A stretch of DNA of 64,000 nucleotides from Rhizophagus irregularis (lineage: Eukaryota), in the NCBI RefSeq assembly GCF_026210795.1, contig NC_089430.1, forward strand, positions 558,001 to 622,000, written 5' to 3'. Position numbers and translations under genes: made by a program. The first letter of the stretch is position 1; each line of letters begins with the position of its first letter. Positions 24,880 through 38,038 of this stretch are shown here, in pieces. The notes below the pieces were generated by a model. The model did not search any database. It worked only from the letters and a program-made list of their open reading frames with translations, and was not told the origin of the DNA.

Positions 24880-25855
24880 CATTATGCGATGTAAATATTA
24901 TCACGTAACCACATCGTAGTGATGTCGTATTAACATTGAATTAATATTACAAAAATATTTGACATTTATTTGATATCGTAACCATGTCGTAGTGATAGGA
25001 CCCCGGATATCTAATATAAAGGTCATAATGGACTTTTGGCCAAAAACACCCCTTTTTGCTGAAACTCAAAAAATCGTTTTTTGTAAATATCTCAGCATCC
25101 AGTAATTCAATTTTAATGAACTTTTTTTTTATTTTGTAGCCCTCATTTAGCTCTACAATTTAAAAAAATGTTCATCAATATTGGACCACTGGATGCCGAG
25201 ATATTTACAAAAAACGATTTTTTGAACCCCTGAAAAATGGGCCAATCTGCCGAAAGTGTGACTTATGACCTGTTTTGGAGATATCCGGGGTCCTGTAGTG
25301 ATATTGTATTAACATTGACAAAATATTTGACATTTTATTTGATATCGTAACCACATCGTAGTGATATCATATTAACATCGAATTAATATTGCAAAAATAT
25401 TTGACATTTTATTTGATATCGTAACCACATCGTAGTGATGTCGTATTAAACTTTGAATTAATATTACAAAATATTTGACATTTTATTTGATATCGTAACC
25501 ACATCGTAGTGATATCATATTAACATCGAATTAATATTGCAAAATATTTGACATTTTATTTGATATCGTAACCACATCGTAGCCATATTGTAGTGATATC
25601 ATATTAACATCGAATTAATATTGCAAAAATATTAAAAATATTTTACATCTATTTGATATCGTAGCCACATCGTAGTGATGTCGTATTAACATTGAATTAA
25701 TATTACAATTTTATTTGATATCGTAACTACATCATAATAATATCATATTAATATCGAATTAATATTACAAAAAATGTTTTACATTTATTTAATATCGTAA
25801 CTACATCGTAATGATATTATATTAACACCAAATTAACATCACAAAAATATTTTTA
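24880..25855 (+). repeat. ~70-bp subterminal tandem array of copy A
   Basis: Repeated TTTGATATCGTAACCACATCGTAGTGAT...ATTAACAT(C/T)GAATTAATATT units. Confidence 0.92.
24997..25294. mobile_element. MITE, TIR AGGACCCCGGATATCT, 8-bp TSD GTAGTGAT
   Basis: Perfect 16-bp TIR, internally palindromic, identical 8-bp flanks. Confidence 0.93.
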
Positions 25856-25954
25856 TTGTAATATATGTTTATTATTTATTATACATTAATAATAATAATT
25901 TTTTATTAGTGGATTATTATGGGTGAGTGGAGTACGTTTCTTTTCTTCCTTTTT

Positions 25955-26125
25955 TTTTTATTCTTTTCTTCTCTTTTTTATTCTTTTCTTCTCTTTTTTA
26001 TTCTTTTCTTCTCTTTTTTATTCTTTTCTTCTCTTTTTTATTCTTTTCTTCTCTTTTTTATTCTTTTCTTCTCTTTTTTATTCTTTTCTTCTCTTTTTTA
26101 TTCTTTTCTTCTCTTTTTTATTCTT
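25955..26125 (+). repeat. 20-bp tandem repeat (TTCTTTTCTTCTCTTTTTTA)
   Basis: About 8 copies here versus about 1.5 at the homologous sites (48370-48400 and 49730-49760). Confidence 0.93.
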
Positions 26126-27300
26126 ATCTTCTCGTATGTGAGTGGATGGATACGTCATTTTCAATTTTAAAATATATATATATATATATAAAAAATAAAA
26201 AAAATAATCATGATTAATAAAATGTACTCTTTGTAAAATATATTTAAAATTTAATACATAACCTTGGGATAATAGTTAGAGCAGGTAATTCCGGGATTTT
26301 GTAAAGAATAATAAAAATGATAATATTTTTAAGTTAGTTCTTTCTTTAAATTTTTTTGAAAGTGTTTTGTTTCTTAAAATCATAATATTGTAAAAAAATG
26401 CTGGTTGCTACGACTGACGGACAACGACAAATTGTCAGGCTACCCCCGGACAAAGTAATTGGAAGGCGGAAAATGCCATAAATATCCAGCTCTATTTTAC
26501 AACATTTTCTTCCAGGCTAAAGCAAATATTACAAAAGAAATTGCAAATATATTTAACAAGCAATAGATACATGGCTGTTGAAAAATATATTCACACTTCA
26601 TATTGTAATACCACAGTCTAACAAAGAAATTGCAAATATATTTAACAAGCAATAGATACATGGCCGTTGAAAAATATATTCACATTTATACCACAGTCTA
26701 ACAAAAAAATACTCAAACCACAACATATTGTAAAAAAAATATGAAAAATAAGCGTATATCCTATTTTCATACCTTGCTTAACAGCTCCACTATTTATTTA
26801 AAAAACGGCTTTTTTCTCTTTTGTATGTGGGTAGGTGGGTACATTTTTCCTTTCTTTTATTCTTTTCTTTCGTATGTGAGTGGCAGGTACATTTTCTTTT
26901 CTTTATTTTTGCTTTTATTCTTGCTTTTCGTATGTAGGTGTCTTACTATGTTGAATATATAAACTAAAGTGTCCCAAAGTATTGTTAATATTGTAAAAAG
27001 ATAATTAAAGTATACTTTAAAAAGAAAAAAGAAGAGACGAACTAAAATACCGTAAAGTATTAATATAAAAGATAAGAGAAAAGCGTATTTTTGAAAATAA
27101 ACAAAAAAAATCTCATTAATAAACGCGAATTTTAGCTATTTTTAGATATCACATGCATGATATCACATGCATGTAATTAAAGTGATTTTAATTGGTTAAT
27201 TTTAATTTATTATTACATCATGCATATGATTTTATTGGTTAAAATTTTATACGATACAAATTAAAATAATTATTTTATTATATTTATATAATTAATATAA

Positions 27301-27500
27301 TTATATGGCTGTAAAATAATAATTATTTTTTATCCAAATTCTATTTGTAGTATCATGATTTGGTAGTTGGCACCTTTCTGAATTACAATTATGAATAAAA
27401 TGTACTTTTTGAACATTATCTATTACAGTAATTGGAAAAATACGTCTCCATTTATCTCCTGTTGCTTGGAGACGGTAAAGTGGACATTGTAATAACTGAA
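27301..27500 (-). pseudogene. 3' remnant of the large-element transposase in copy A
   Basis: CPLYRLQATGDKWRRIFPITVIDNVQKVHFIHNC...YFTAI* is nearly identical to 51050-51250; homology stops at ~27500. Confidence 0.9.
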
Positions 27501-28027
27501 AATATAATAGATAAATAACGCAGTAAATCCTGTGGTGCAGTAAGTCACATGATATGGTTACACAAGAAGAAATAATTGGGAATACAAAGTCACGTGACAA
27601 GTCACATGGCGCAGTAAGTGACGGATAAATATTTAGCCAATAAAAGTTTAGTTCAGTGTAACGAGATAGTCATATGATAATAGATCTTCAAATTTTATTA
27701 GAAATATTAGAAATATTAGAAATATTTTTCTTAAAAATGTATAAATACAAGTGGATTTCGATAGGAAATTCCAGAGTTCAATTTTTTGAAAAATAAAAAT
27801 TTTATTTCGTCCTTAATAATAAACAAACACATTCTTTTAGCCTTTTTCTTATGAGTAAAAAGTGCCACATTAATTATTTTATTTTAATTAATGGTTTATC
27901 GAAAATATAGAGAAACTATCGTAATTTAAAATTTTGGTAAAAAATAATGTTTTGTAATTTTTGTAACTAATTTTTATTTTTAAAACCAAGCATAAATATT
28001 ATACGAACTCAACACGTCAGTGGCAAC

Positions 28028-28322
28028 AGGACCCCGGATATCTCCAAAACAGGTCATAAGTCACACTTTCGGCAGATTGGCCCATTTTTCAGGGGCTCAA
28101 AAAATCGTTTTTTGTAAATATCTCGGCATCCAGTGGTCCAATTTTGATGAACTTTTTTTTAAATTGTAGAGCTAAATGAGGGCTACAAAATAAAAAAAGT
28201 TCATTAAAATTGAATTACTGGATGCTGAGATATTTACAAAAAACGATTTTTTGAGTTTCAGCAAAAAGGGGTGTTTTTGGCCAAAGTCCATTATGACCTT
28301 TATATTAGATATCCGGGGTCCT
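28028..28322. mobile_element. Second AGGACCCC MITE, inverted relative to 24997-25294; no TSD seen
   Basis: Near-identical reverse complement of the first copy; the flanks GTGGCAAC / CCCTGACT do not match. Confidence 0.9.
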
Positions 28323-28621
28323 CCCTGACTTTAGCGCATTCCATTTCTCTCTACATTGTTTTCTAGTTGGCCTGAATATGTGGTTGTTTCATATATCACG
28401 AGCAATTCCACGCCATAATTGGTTTTGGTCATGTAACCTCATTGTGGTGAATAAGGGCTGATAGGCCCAACGACGCTGAATTAAGGTCAAAGTAGCGTCA
28501 TCGGGCCATTGAATGTATACTGGAAGATTTGCGTTTAAGTTTAATGCTGCCATTATTAAATATTATTAGTTTGATGGGGAAAATGTCAAGAAAAGGCTCT
28601 ATATTTATAATAAATTTATTA

Positions 28622-28925
28622 TGATTTCTTTGAGTTTATTTTTACGATCTTGTCTAAATTTTTTAGTTCTAATGCAATCATCCTTAATTAATTTATTTAA
28701 CATTGAATACACACATAATTTTTTTTTGATTTCTTTGAGTTTATTTTTACGATCTTGTCTAAATTTTTTAGTTCTAATGCAATCATTCTTAATTAATTTA
28801 TTTAACAATGAATACACACATAATTTTTTTTTGATTTCTTTGAGTTTATTTTTACGATCTTGCCTAAATTTTTTAGTTCTAATGCAATCATCTTTAATTA
28901 ATTTATTTAACATTGAATACACTCA
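28622..28925. repeat. 105-bp tandem repeat x3
   Basis: Three near-identical units, open in frame on both strands (35 codons per unit). Confidence 0.92.
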
Positions 28926-30122
28926 ATTTTTTGATTTATCAATTTATTTTAAAAATATAATTATAGTAATACTGCATTAATTAATATATATAAATAAAAA
29001 TAAATAAACAAATTCTATTAATAAAAAATGAGTTAAAATGTTATCTTTATACTTTATAATTATAAAATATAATATTTTAAATCACGCATGTCCTTCCTTG
29101 ATTATATTTCATATTACACTGCGATGATATATTACAATTATACTGAATTTTAAGCTAACCTTAATTTACACCGTAAGGAACTTAATTCGATCTTAATTTA
29201 CTCCATTTTAGGAATATTATCGAACAATTAAACAAATGATTAGTTGCACATGACTTGTATTATTTGAATAGTTGATACTTTATATACCGATATTTGATTA
29301 CACCAATATGTATTAAAACTCTTTCCTATCAGTAATTTCATAATTTCAATCAATATATCGGTATTTTTCAAATATCGTTGTAAGTCGACTACTGTAGATC
29401 CCATCTATTTTTTATGTAATCAATCCAGAGGCTTACACTAAATAGATATGGCTTAGTTAGATAGGATCATCACATGGTTCATTGGCTCAGTTATTTTTCT
29501 GTCAAGAGTACCAGGATCTTATAAATTTTTTTTTCTTGCATGTCATCGTATCACACACATAAAAATGGAAATTCAAAACGTAATATTCCATTAATTTCTT
29601 CTCACTCCTTTTCTTCTACCGATCATTTTTCTTCTCACTTTTCCATTATTTTTCTTCTCATTCCACGTATAGCCTGAAAAATATAATAAATTTGAAACCG
29701 TAAAATCGATTTGAGGTAATTTTCCATGTAAAAAAAAAGTTCACTGAATGAAATTCGATATTGTAATAATTTATTTATATTAATTAAATTTAATTTTCGA
29801 TCTTCTAGAAATCATAATTTTTAGTTTTCCCATCTCCTGATATTTTTAACTGATCCTGCATTCTACACGATACACAATGATATTAAGATCATGTATATTT
29901 TCCAATTAAATACTACAATCATAATTACAATAGCTAAAATCTCAAAATTATATCATGATAACCTCGCCCTTTTTTTTGTTCATTCAATATTTATCATCTA
30001 CTTTTTTGAGCAAGAAAGTTGCTCTACATTTTTTATTCATTCATATTTTCTCGATAAATATCACCTACTTTTAAACAAAAAGGTTGTTCCACTTTTTTTT
30101 TCGCTCATATTTTTTTTATATT

Positions 30123-30435
30123 ATGACGACTAAACGTAAATTACCTAATAAATCGTCTGATGATAATTAAGAAATGGAAGTTGAAGGAGGTATGTAGATA
30201 TAACTCTTTTGTAAATTTATAGTAAGTTTTGCTTATATAGTTATATGTAAGAAGAATAATTAATAAATACCAAAAATATGTATAATAGGATCGAAAAGAA
30301 AACAAATTACGAAAAAAAGAAGAGATATTGACATTGAGAAAGCCAATCAGTTGATGAAAAAAAGTAAAAATAGTAATAAAGAAGCTGCCGAATCTGCTGA
30401 TAAAGAAGTTATAGTAGTAAATGAAAAAAGAAGTA

Positions 30436-30533
<98 letters not shown>

Positions 30534-31434
30534 AATGATGATGATGATGAGAGTAAGACGGAAGATCATAAAAAACCCGAAGTATTTCAATCAAAGTCAA
30601 ATTTAGAAATAGTTGCTTAGCTCGTCGACCATCCGGAAATTTTAAGATTGGCACTAGAAATGAACAATACAGATGTTGCTATCTCATCATCTAGTAAAAT
30701 TACGGACGTAAGTATTAAATTAACATGATTTTATTATGTTTAAATCTTTTAAATAATGTATTTTTAATATTTTAGGATAAAATTCGTCTATGGGACGAAA
30801 GTGTCAAGTGTCTTTTTTTACGTGCAAGAAGTCCGCGTGGTGAAGTTTTTGATGAGTTGATAACAAAAATTTTCAAAATAAAAATACATTCGAATGAAGC
30901 TAAAAGCTACCTCAAAAAAACCCGAAAATTTTTTATCGATTTCAGAAATAAGTTTAACCAAATTATTTTAACTTCTGTAGAAGAATTTAAAGAAATAAGA
31001 AAAAACAGGTATTTATTTAATTGTTTCGTAGCTAACCAAATAGTACTGTTTGTATTAATTATTAATTTAATTATAGAGCATCTACTGGAAGTTTATCTCA
31101 AAAGGAACTTATAGATTACGTTGATGAAGAATTTGTCCAAAAGATTTTAAGCCGACAGCTTGTAGCTGTTAATATTTCAGAATTAACAAGAAATGGAGGA
31201 TTCAATACTTTGGTTGATTTCGTAAGAGAAACCTTTAAGGTTTCGTGGAACAGAAAAAATTTGTCCGCCGTTAAAGAATTAGATAATATGACCAAAAAAT
31301 TAACGATCCCTTCTAGGAGCGGAAATAAGATCGTTGATTCTTTATCAGTAAGTTATTTTATTTATACTGTACTGATACTTCATATCCTTTAATCATAATT
31401 ATTAATAATAATATTAAATTATACATAGTTATAA
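30123..31434 (+). pseudogene. Diverged homolog of the acidic cargo gene (gene X) with (GAT)n poly-Asp expansion
   Basis: Spliced: MTTKRK...poly-D...KIRLWDESVKCLFLRARSPRGEVFDELITKIFK...IPSRSG. In-frame stops; intron positions resemble those of 57195-58465. Confidence 0.8.
30435..30550 (+). repeat. (GAT)n microsatellite
   Basis: About 38 triplets with one AAT interruption. Confidence 0.98.
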
Positions 31435-33369
31435 ATCTTAGCAAACGCTCTAATTTTTTTATAAAATTATGCATTTTATAACGATATTACATTGAATAAA
31501 TTTAGTAAATTTTACAAGCAAATGATAATATGAAACATCATTATTCTAAACATTATACCATAATGTCGAGTGATAATAATATAAAATAAAATGGATGTAT
31601 AAAACTATAAAATGTTTGTCTAAGATATAACATTTTCAAGTTTAAAAAGTAATTGTTGTTTTGTTAAAAATGGAATGGTTATTATATGACGTTTCTTCTT
31701 TAGTATATACAGCCTAAATATCTCTATATATTTGACGTTCTTATACAGATCAAAAAGAATACATTTGCGTAACATTTACGTAAAGTAAGAACTTTAAAGT
31801 TTAAGCCAATTCTGACTGGTAATTTACAAAATAACAAACACATTTCTTAAAAAAAAATTCTGAATCAGAATACTTTTCCGGTTTCCATCTTCGATTCTGC
31901 AAAAAATTGAAAAGTTCAGGTGATAATTTAAGAAATATCCACCTATAAAGAGACTAAACAATTATCAGGTTGATCAAGTTCGTGTAATACCAAATTTAAT
32001 AAATTGTCTGATTAAATGATCGCATATATTAAATGATCACGTATATTATAAGGCTATAAGGCCTATTAATTCCTAAAAAGTCAATTTAACCACTATTTTA
32101 TTTAACCGCTATTTATTTGTACATTTTTTTTTTTTGAAAAAAAAAAACTTTCTTTCTGAAAGTAGAGTCTTCCTCCTATACCGTTTGCCGTCGTGCATAG
32201 TGTGTTATAGGAAAAGGCGGACTTGAATTATATAGGTATAAGCTTATGTTATATAGGCGTAAAGCTTATATAATTAATGCAACGAAAATCCTTTAATCAA
32301 AGGTTAAAATAGGCATGATGGATATTCTCATATATCATGAGCTCTGTCTGTTTGAAGTGTCATTTTATATATAATTAAGTAGGCTTAAGTTGTAAGTAAC
32401 TTTTTTATAACATTGATTATTGGAGAATTAAGTGGCAAAAATAATTTTTAGTTTGTAAGACTTTTAACTCCATACCAACTTGTGTGTGTTTAGCGTGTAA
32501 TTAATTCCCTAACCCTTAGACCCACTCGTGGGTTAGGTAGGTTGCTTTGCACTTCTTGCAGCCTACCTTATAATGGGTTTTAGGTCCACGTTTGCCCATT
32601 TAAAATTTATTAAACAGGATGTCATTCGTCCAAACACATTGCAATGTTTGTTGATGAAGCTATAGTTGTCTAATAAAAGTTCGCTTTGCCAGGCAATTTA
32701 TGGTGGATTCAATGGATCAAATTACAAACAACAATAATGCAGTCATATGAGAATTCCAGGCCAAAGAATAAGGGTGAATTGTCAAAGTTGAGAATATATT
32801 TGTATTTTTTTTTTAAAGCCGTCATTCTCATGAACTTTTTCATTGTATCCCTAAATTCAATGATTTTGGTAATGATGAAACTGCAGTTGTTTATAGGGGT
32901 TTCCCACCAAACTTCTGAGGTGAATTTATGTCTGGTGTTTTCGAATATACTTATCCTTTTTGCAATAGAGTCGTAGTGAGTCTTCTTAAAGCGTACCTGT
33001 GACACCCCATCCAACTTGGGCAGTGTCGCTGAATCTAAAGCAAGGTACCTGGTTAATCCTCAACTTTGGGTTGATGAGTTATGATTCTGGAGTATTAAGG
33101 CATAATGTTTTGACTTACATCACCAATTTAACTCATAATTCTAATTTATTGAATTAGTTTATTATAGATTTATTGATATTTTTTTTATCTGTTATATAAT
33201 ATTTAAACTAATGTATACTTTATCTGTAATTAAAATTGTTATTGTAATAAATAACCGGTAACTTAAATCTATTGAAATTAACTTTTAAATTAGATTACAA
33301 ATTATTAAAATATTATAAAACGATATTTGATTGATTTGATATTTTTAAAGGTAAATTCAATATTTATAG

Positions 33370-34154
33370 ATAATATCATTTTGATATTATTATTTTGATA
33401 CTGAATTAATATTATATCGATATTGCATTTATTAAAAAAAAATCATTATTGTTATAACAATATCAAAATAATATTGTTTCGTTATTTGTCAATATCGATT
33501 AGATAATTATAAAGTGATATCTTTATGATATTATATTGACATTGACATAATATCAAAATGATATCATATTAATATCGTATTTACTTTCTATTTTTCATTA
33601 TTGTTATAACAATATCGAAATGATATCAATTTGATGTTTCGTCAATATCATTATGATGTCGATTAGATAATTATAAAGTGATATCTTTACGATATCATAT
33701 TGATATTGAATTAATGTTAGAACGATATCATATTAATATCGTATTTACTTTCTATTTTTCATTATTGTTATAACAATTAACAATATCGAAATGATATCAA
33801 TTTGATGTTTCATCAATATCGTTATGATGTCGATTAGACAATTATAAAGTGATATCTTTACGATATCATATTGATATTGAATTAATGTTAGAACGATATC
33901 ATATTAATATCGTATTTACTTCCCATTTTTCAAAAAATTTATTGTTGTTATAACAATATTGAAATGATATCGATCTGATATTTTTTCAAACAAATATCTT
34001 TACGATATCATTTCGATATATTGAATTAATATTGAAATGATATCATTGCGATATCATAATGATATCATTTGCAAATTGATATCGCCACGATATTTATTTA
34101 ACATCATTATTATATCAATTCGGTATTGTTTAAAAATTCAAGGTTTCTGTAAAG
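33370..34154 (+). repeat. Right subterminal GATATC-rich region of copy A
   Basis: Dense GATATC/ATATCG motifs with ~175-bp duplications; inverted copy at 35154-35720. Confidence 0.88.
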
Positions 34155-34960
34155 TAGACTTGATAATATTTTTCCATTCTTCTTCCAAAATAGGAGACAT
34201 GACTGAGTTATATAAAGACGAGTCAATATCAGAAATAGGAGTATAGTCTCTTTGCCAGCGTGAAGGAAATGAATCTATGTAATAATATTGAATCAAAGGA
34301 GGAGTAATGACCGATTGGAAATGTTTGATAGCAGCTTGTTTAATATCTGAAGGATCAGTAAGTAGAGTAGGTTTGGAGTCAATTACAACCAAAACTCTAT
34401 CAAGAACGATAGAGCGATGTTCTACTAACAGGGCTGAAGAAATGAAAGAGCCCAGTGACATAGAGAAATGTTCATCTTTAAGAGCAGTTTAATACTCAAT
34501 AGAGTCTGTACGATGTTAATGAAATTGTGTAGAGAGATAAGCGGAGACCAAAGCTTTTTGTGAATGCAAAAATTTAACAAAAGCAGGAAGTGGTGTTGTA
34601 CTATAAATAGGTATAGTATAATCTTTTAAAAGGAATTTAAGAAGAGTTAATTGTATAGGCAGAGAATTAATCATTTGTGAAATTTGAGCAGGTCGACTAG
34701 GCCAAGACGTGGTCAATTTGAACAATAATTTATCCAAGAATTTGTTGATAGCAATAAGCATTGTAAGCTCAGGAGGATATTTATGGTGATGAGTATTGGA
34801 TACATGTTGAAATGGTAAAGAATCAATGGCACCACTAAGAATAGAATGTTTAAGAGCGTGTCAAAGTTTGTCCAAAGGAAGAGCAGAGAGTGAAGATATG
34901 GAAGGATGGTGTGTAGCCAGATACAACTCAAGACGCGAGTTTACTTCATTGGAAAATGTA
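34155..34960 (-). pseudogene. LINE ORF2 fragment (5' part, upstream of RT core)
   Basis: FISSALLVEHRSIVLDRVLV...DPSDIKQAAIKHFQ...PILEEEWKNIIKS, contiguous with 24710 once copy A is removed. Confidence 0.88.
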
Positions 34961-35827
34961 TCAGTCAGTGGTCATTTCATTTCTCTTATAATTACTAATA
35001 AATAGTAATTTTTTGTATTTATATTAACATAAATTTTCTTAAGTTATATATTATAAAAACTTTATATATTTTTGTTCTTTAGGAACTATTTTACTTATTT
35101 AAATACCTTTTTTTTAAATATAATACTTTTATAAAAAATTTATGTTGAGCTAACTTTACAGAAACCTTGAATTTTTAAACAATACCGAATTGATATAATA
35201 ATGATGTTAAATAAATATCGTGGTGATATCGATTTGCAAATGATATCATTATGATATCGCAATGATATCATTTCAATATTAATTCAATATATCGAAATGA
35301 TATCGTAAAGATATTTGTTTGAAAAAATATCAGATCGATATCATTTCGATATTGTTATAACAACAATGAATTTTTTGAAAAATGGGAAGTAAATACGATA
35401 TTAATATGATATCGTTCCAACATTAATTCAATATCAATATGATATCGTAAAGATATCACTTTATAATTATCTAATCAACATCATAATGATATTGACGAAA
35501 CATCAAATCAATATCATATTGATATTTCGATATTGTTATAACAATAATGAAAAATAGAAAGTAAATACGATATTAATATGATATCGTTTTGATATAACGA
35601 AACGATATCATTTTGATATTGTTATAACAATAATGATTTTTTTTTTAATAAATGCAATATCAATATAATATTATTTTAATATTAATTCAGTATCAAAATA
35701 ATATCAAAATGATATTATCTATAAATATTGAATTTACCTTTAAAAATATCAAATCAATTAAATATCGTTAAATTCAATTTTATAATATTTTAATAATTTG
35801 TAATCTAATTTAAAAGTTAATTTCAAT

Positions 35828-37265
35828 TGATATAGCTGATAAATTAGCAAAGAAAGGCCAATGTGGAAACAATTTATTCAGGAATAATGTAGATTTTATT
35901 AATAATATAATATCTTACTTTCCTGTTTTTATAGATAATCCTATTGAAGTTAATATTAAAAGATTCATTTTGAAAATATCAGCTACAGGTGAAGCTACTG
36001 AATGGTCATTATTAAAAAATAATCAGGAATTATGTTATGGGAATGTTAATCAGATAGACTGGAAAGTTACTTGGCTTATTTTCCATTATTGCAAGGGATT
36101 TCACTGCATTAGCATGCGACTTAACTATTTATGGACTTTTATAGCAAAATTATTTCACAAAATCCTTCCTTTAGGATCTATTCTAGCAATTAGAAAACCA
36201 AGACTCTACAAGGAAATGAAATGTATTATGAAGTGTAATAAAAAAGAAAATTGGAATCATTTATTTGAATGTCAGGCATATGAGGTGGCTTGGAAAAAAA
36301 TATTGGAGATTACAACAAAAGAATCTATAATTATATGCTTGAAACAAAAACAAATTAGAGGACAAGGTGAAGATTTTATTAAAAAAGTATTACAAAATAT
36401 ATTAGGAGTTACAGCAAAATCAGAAAAATTTCAAAAGTTTCAACAGTTGGCATTAGAAGTGAAAGTTGAAACTCTTTTAACAACAAAATTACAAAAAGAT
36501 TTTAAAATATCTCTTACAGAGGCACAGACACTTATGGCTAATATTTTAATTAGATTTATCTTAGCATTTAAAGAATTAATATGGAAACCAAGATGTGAAC
36601 AAGTTATTTTATGGGAAAAAAGAAGAGGCATTTCCAGGACAGATAAAATTACTTCAGAATCCAAGGGAAAGGACAATTCAAATCAACCTTCAGAATCCAA
36701 AGTAAAAGATAATTCAAATAAACTTTCAAATAAAGTCAAAAATCTACAAACAGGAAAAATAGATCAATTACAGAGGTCAGTCTCCTTGGTAAAGAAATCA
36801 ATGGATACCTTTGTAAGGAAATACATATGTGAGGATTGGATTCCAATAAAAAAGAAAGTTGATAAGGTTACATTATACATGAGCAAGAAATTACTGGATT
36901 GATAGTTCCAAAATAATATTCTTATTCTGTTCTCAATTATATTTATAATTTCAGATATATATTCTATTACTAATTTTATTTTATTAATATTTTTATTTTT
37001 ATATTTATTTTTGTTTTTATTTTTGTATTTGTTGGTGTTTATTATTTTTATTTTAATTATTATGTTTATAGTTTATAGTAGGTTATTTTGGTTTGCTTTT
37101 AATTACTTTTATTCTTAATTCTACTAGTAGTATAACATCTAATGTTTGATCGGACTGGCCTGGTGCTGGAAGTATCATTCATAGAATATTTGTGATTATT
37201 ATGTAATCCGAATATATTCTAATAAAATGGTACATGATTCAACATTTAAAAAAAAAAAAAAAAAA
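35828..37265 (+). mobile_element. 5'-truncated LINE with poly(A) tail and 16-bp TSD AAAAGTTAATTTCAAT
   Basis: An RNase H-like end (ADKLAKKG), a CCHC-like motif (CIMKC...ENWNHLFEC), AATAAA and a poly(A) tail. The empty site is visible in copy A near 33270-33290. Confidence 0.93.
35970..36902 (+). CDS. C-terminal part of LINE ORF2 (zinc-binding region)
   Basis: Uninterrupted 310-aa ORF with IDW, LPL..L..RKP.LY and ELIWKPRCE motifs; 5'-truncated. Confidence 0.8.
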   Translation: MKISATGEATEWSLLKNNQELCYGNVNQIDWKVTWLIFHYCKGFHCISMRLNYLWTFIAKLFHKILPLGSILAIRKPRLYKEMKCIMKCNKKENWNHLFECQAYEVAWKKILEITTKESIIICLKQKQIRGQGEDFIKKVLQNILGVTAKSEKFQKFQQLALEVKVETLLTTKLQKDFKISLTEAQTLMANILIRFILAFKELIWKPRCEQVILWEKRRGISRTDKITSESKGKDNSNQPSESKVKDNSNKLSNKVKNLQTGKIDQLQRSVSLVKKSMDTFVRKYICEDWIPIKKKVDKVTLYMSKKLLD

Positions 37266-37759
37266 AAAAGTTAATTTCAATAGATTTAAGTTACCAGTTA
37301 TTTATTACAATAACAATTTTAATTACAGATAAAGTATACATTAGTTTAAATATTATATAACAGATAAAAAAAATATCAATAAATCTATAATAAACTAATT
37401 CAATAAATTAGAATTATGAGTTAAATTGGTGATGTAAGTCAAAACATTATGCCTTAATACTCCAGAATCATAACTCATCAACCCAAAGTTGAGGATTAAC
37501 CGGGTACCTTGCTTTAGATTCAGTGACACTGCCCAAGTTGGATGGGATGTCACAGGTATGCTTTAAGAAGACTCGCTATAACTCTATTGCAAAAAGGATA
37601 AGTATATTCAAAAACACCAGACATAAATTCACCTCAGAAGTTTGGCGGAAAACCCCTGTAAACAACTGCAGTTTCATCATTACCAAAATCATTGAACTTA
37701 GGGATACAATGAAAAAGTTCATGAGAATGACGGCTTTAAAAAAAAAATACAAATATATT

Positions 37760-38038
37760 CACTGGTAAAAAAATGGTCTATCCTACACATATCCTACACA
37801 TATCTTACATATATCGGGTACTCAAAATGTAGAAAATCATACACAAATAATACACATATCATATACATATCAGGTACTTATATATATAGTATACCTATCA
37901 GGTACCTGATATATGTATGATATATATATTAGTACCTGATATGTGTATGATATGTGTATTATTTGTGTATGATTTTCTACATTTTGAGTACCTAATATAT
38001 GTAAGATATGTGTAGGATAAATCATTTTTTTACCAGTG
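37760..38038. mobile_element. CACTG-terminated MITE, 3-bp TSD ATT
   Basis: CACTGGTAAAAAAATG TIR with a long internal palindrome; empty sites near 32795 and 59660. Confidence 0.93.

Larger units (their letters stand above)
24711..34154 (+). mobile_element. Large CACTA/CMC-like element, copy A (both termini, transposase deleted, chimeric interior)
   Basis: Termini CTTTGCTGAAAC / GTTTCTGTAAAG, flanked by TA. Removal rejoins the LINE ORF (EEEWKNIIKS|MSNNKASGPS). GATATC-rich subterminal arrays occur at both ends. Confidence 0.88.

Noticed and set aside
24880..25855. CRISPR or centromeric satellite
   Set aside because: Whole units repeat, and the array sits directly inside a transposon terminus.
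30141..30654. Poly-Ile, poly-His and poly-Met ORFs
   Set aside because: Alternative frames of the (GAT)n tract; only the Asp frame aligns with gene X.
32507..32540. Telomere-like CCCTAACCCT
   Set aside because: Fewer than two units and internal to a transposon.
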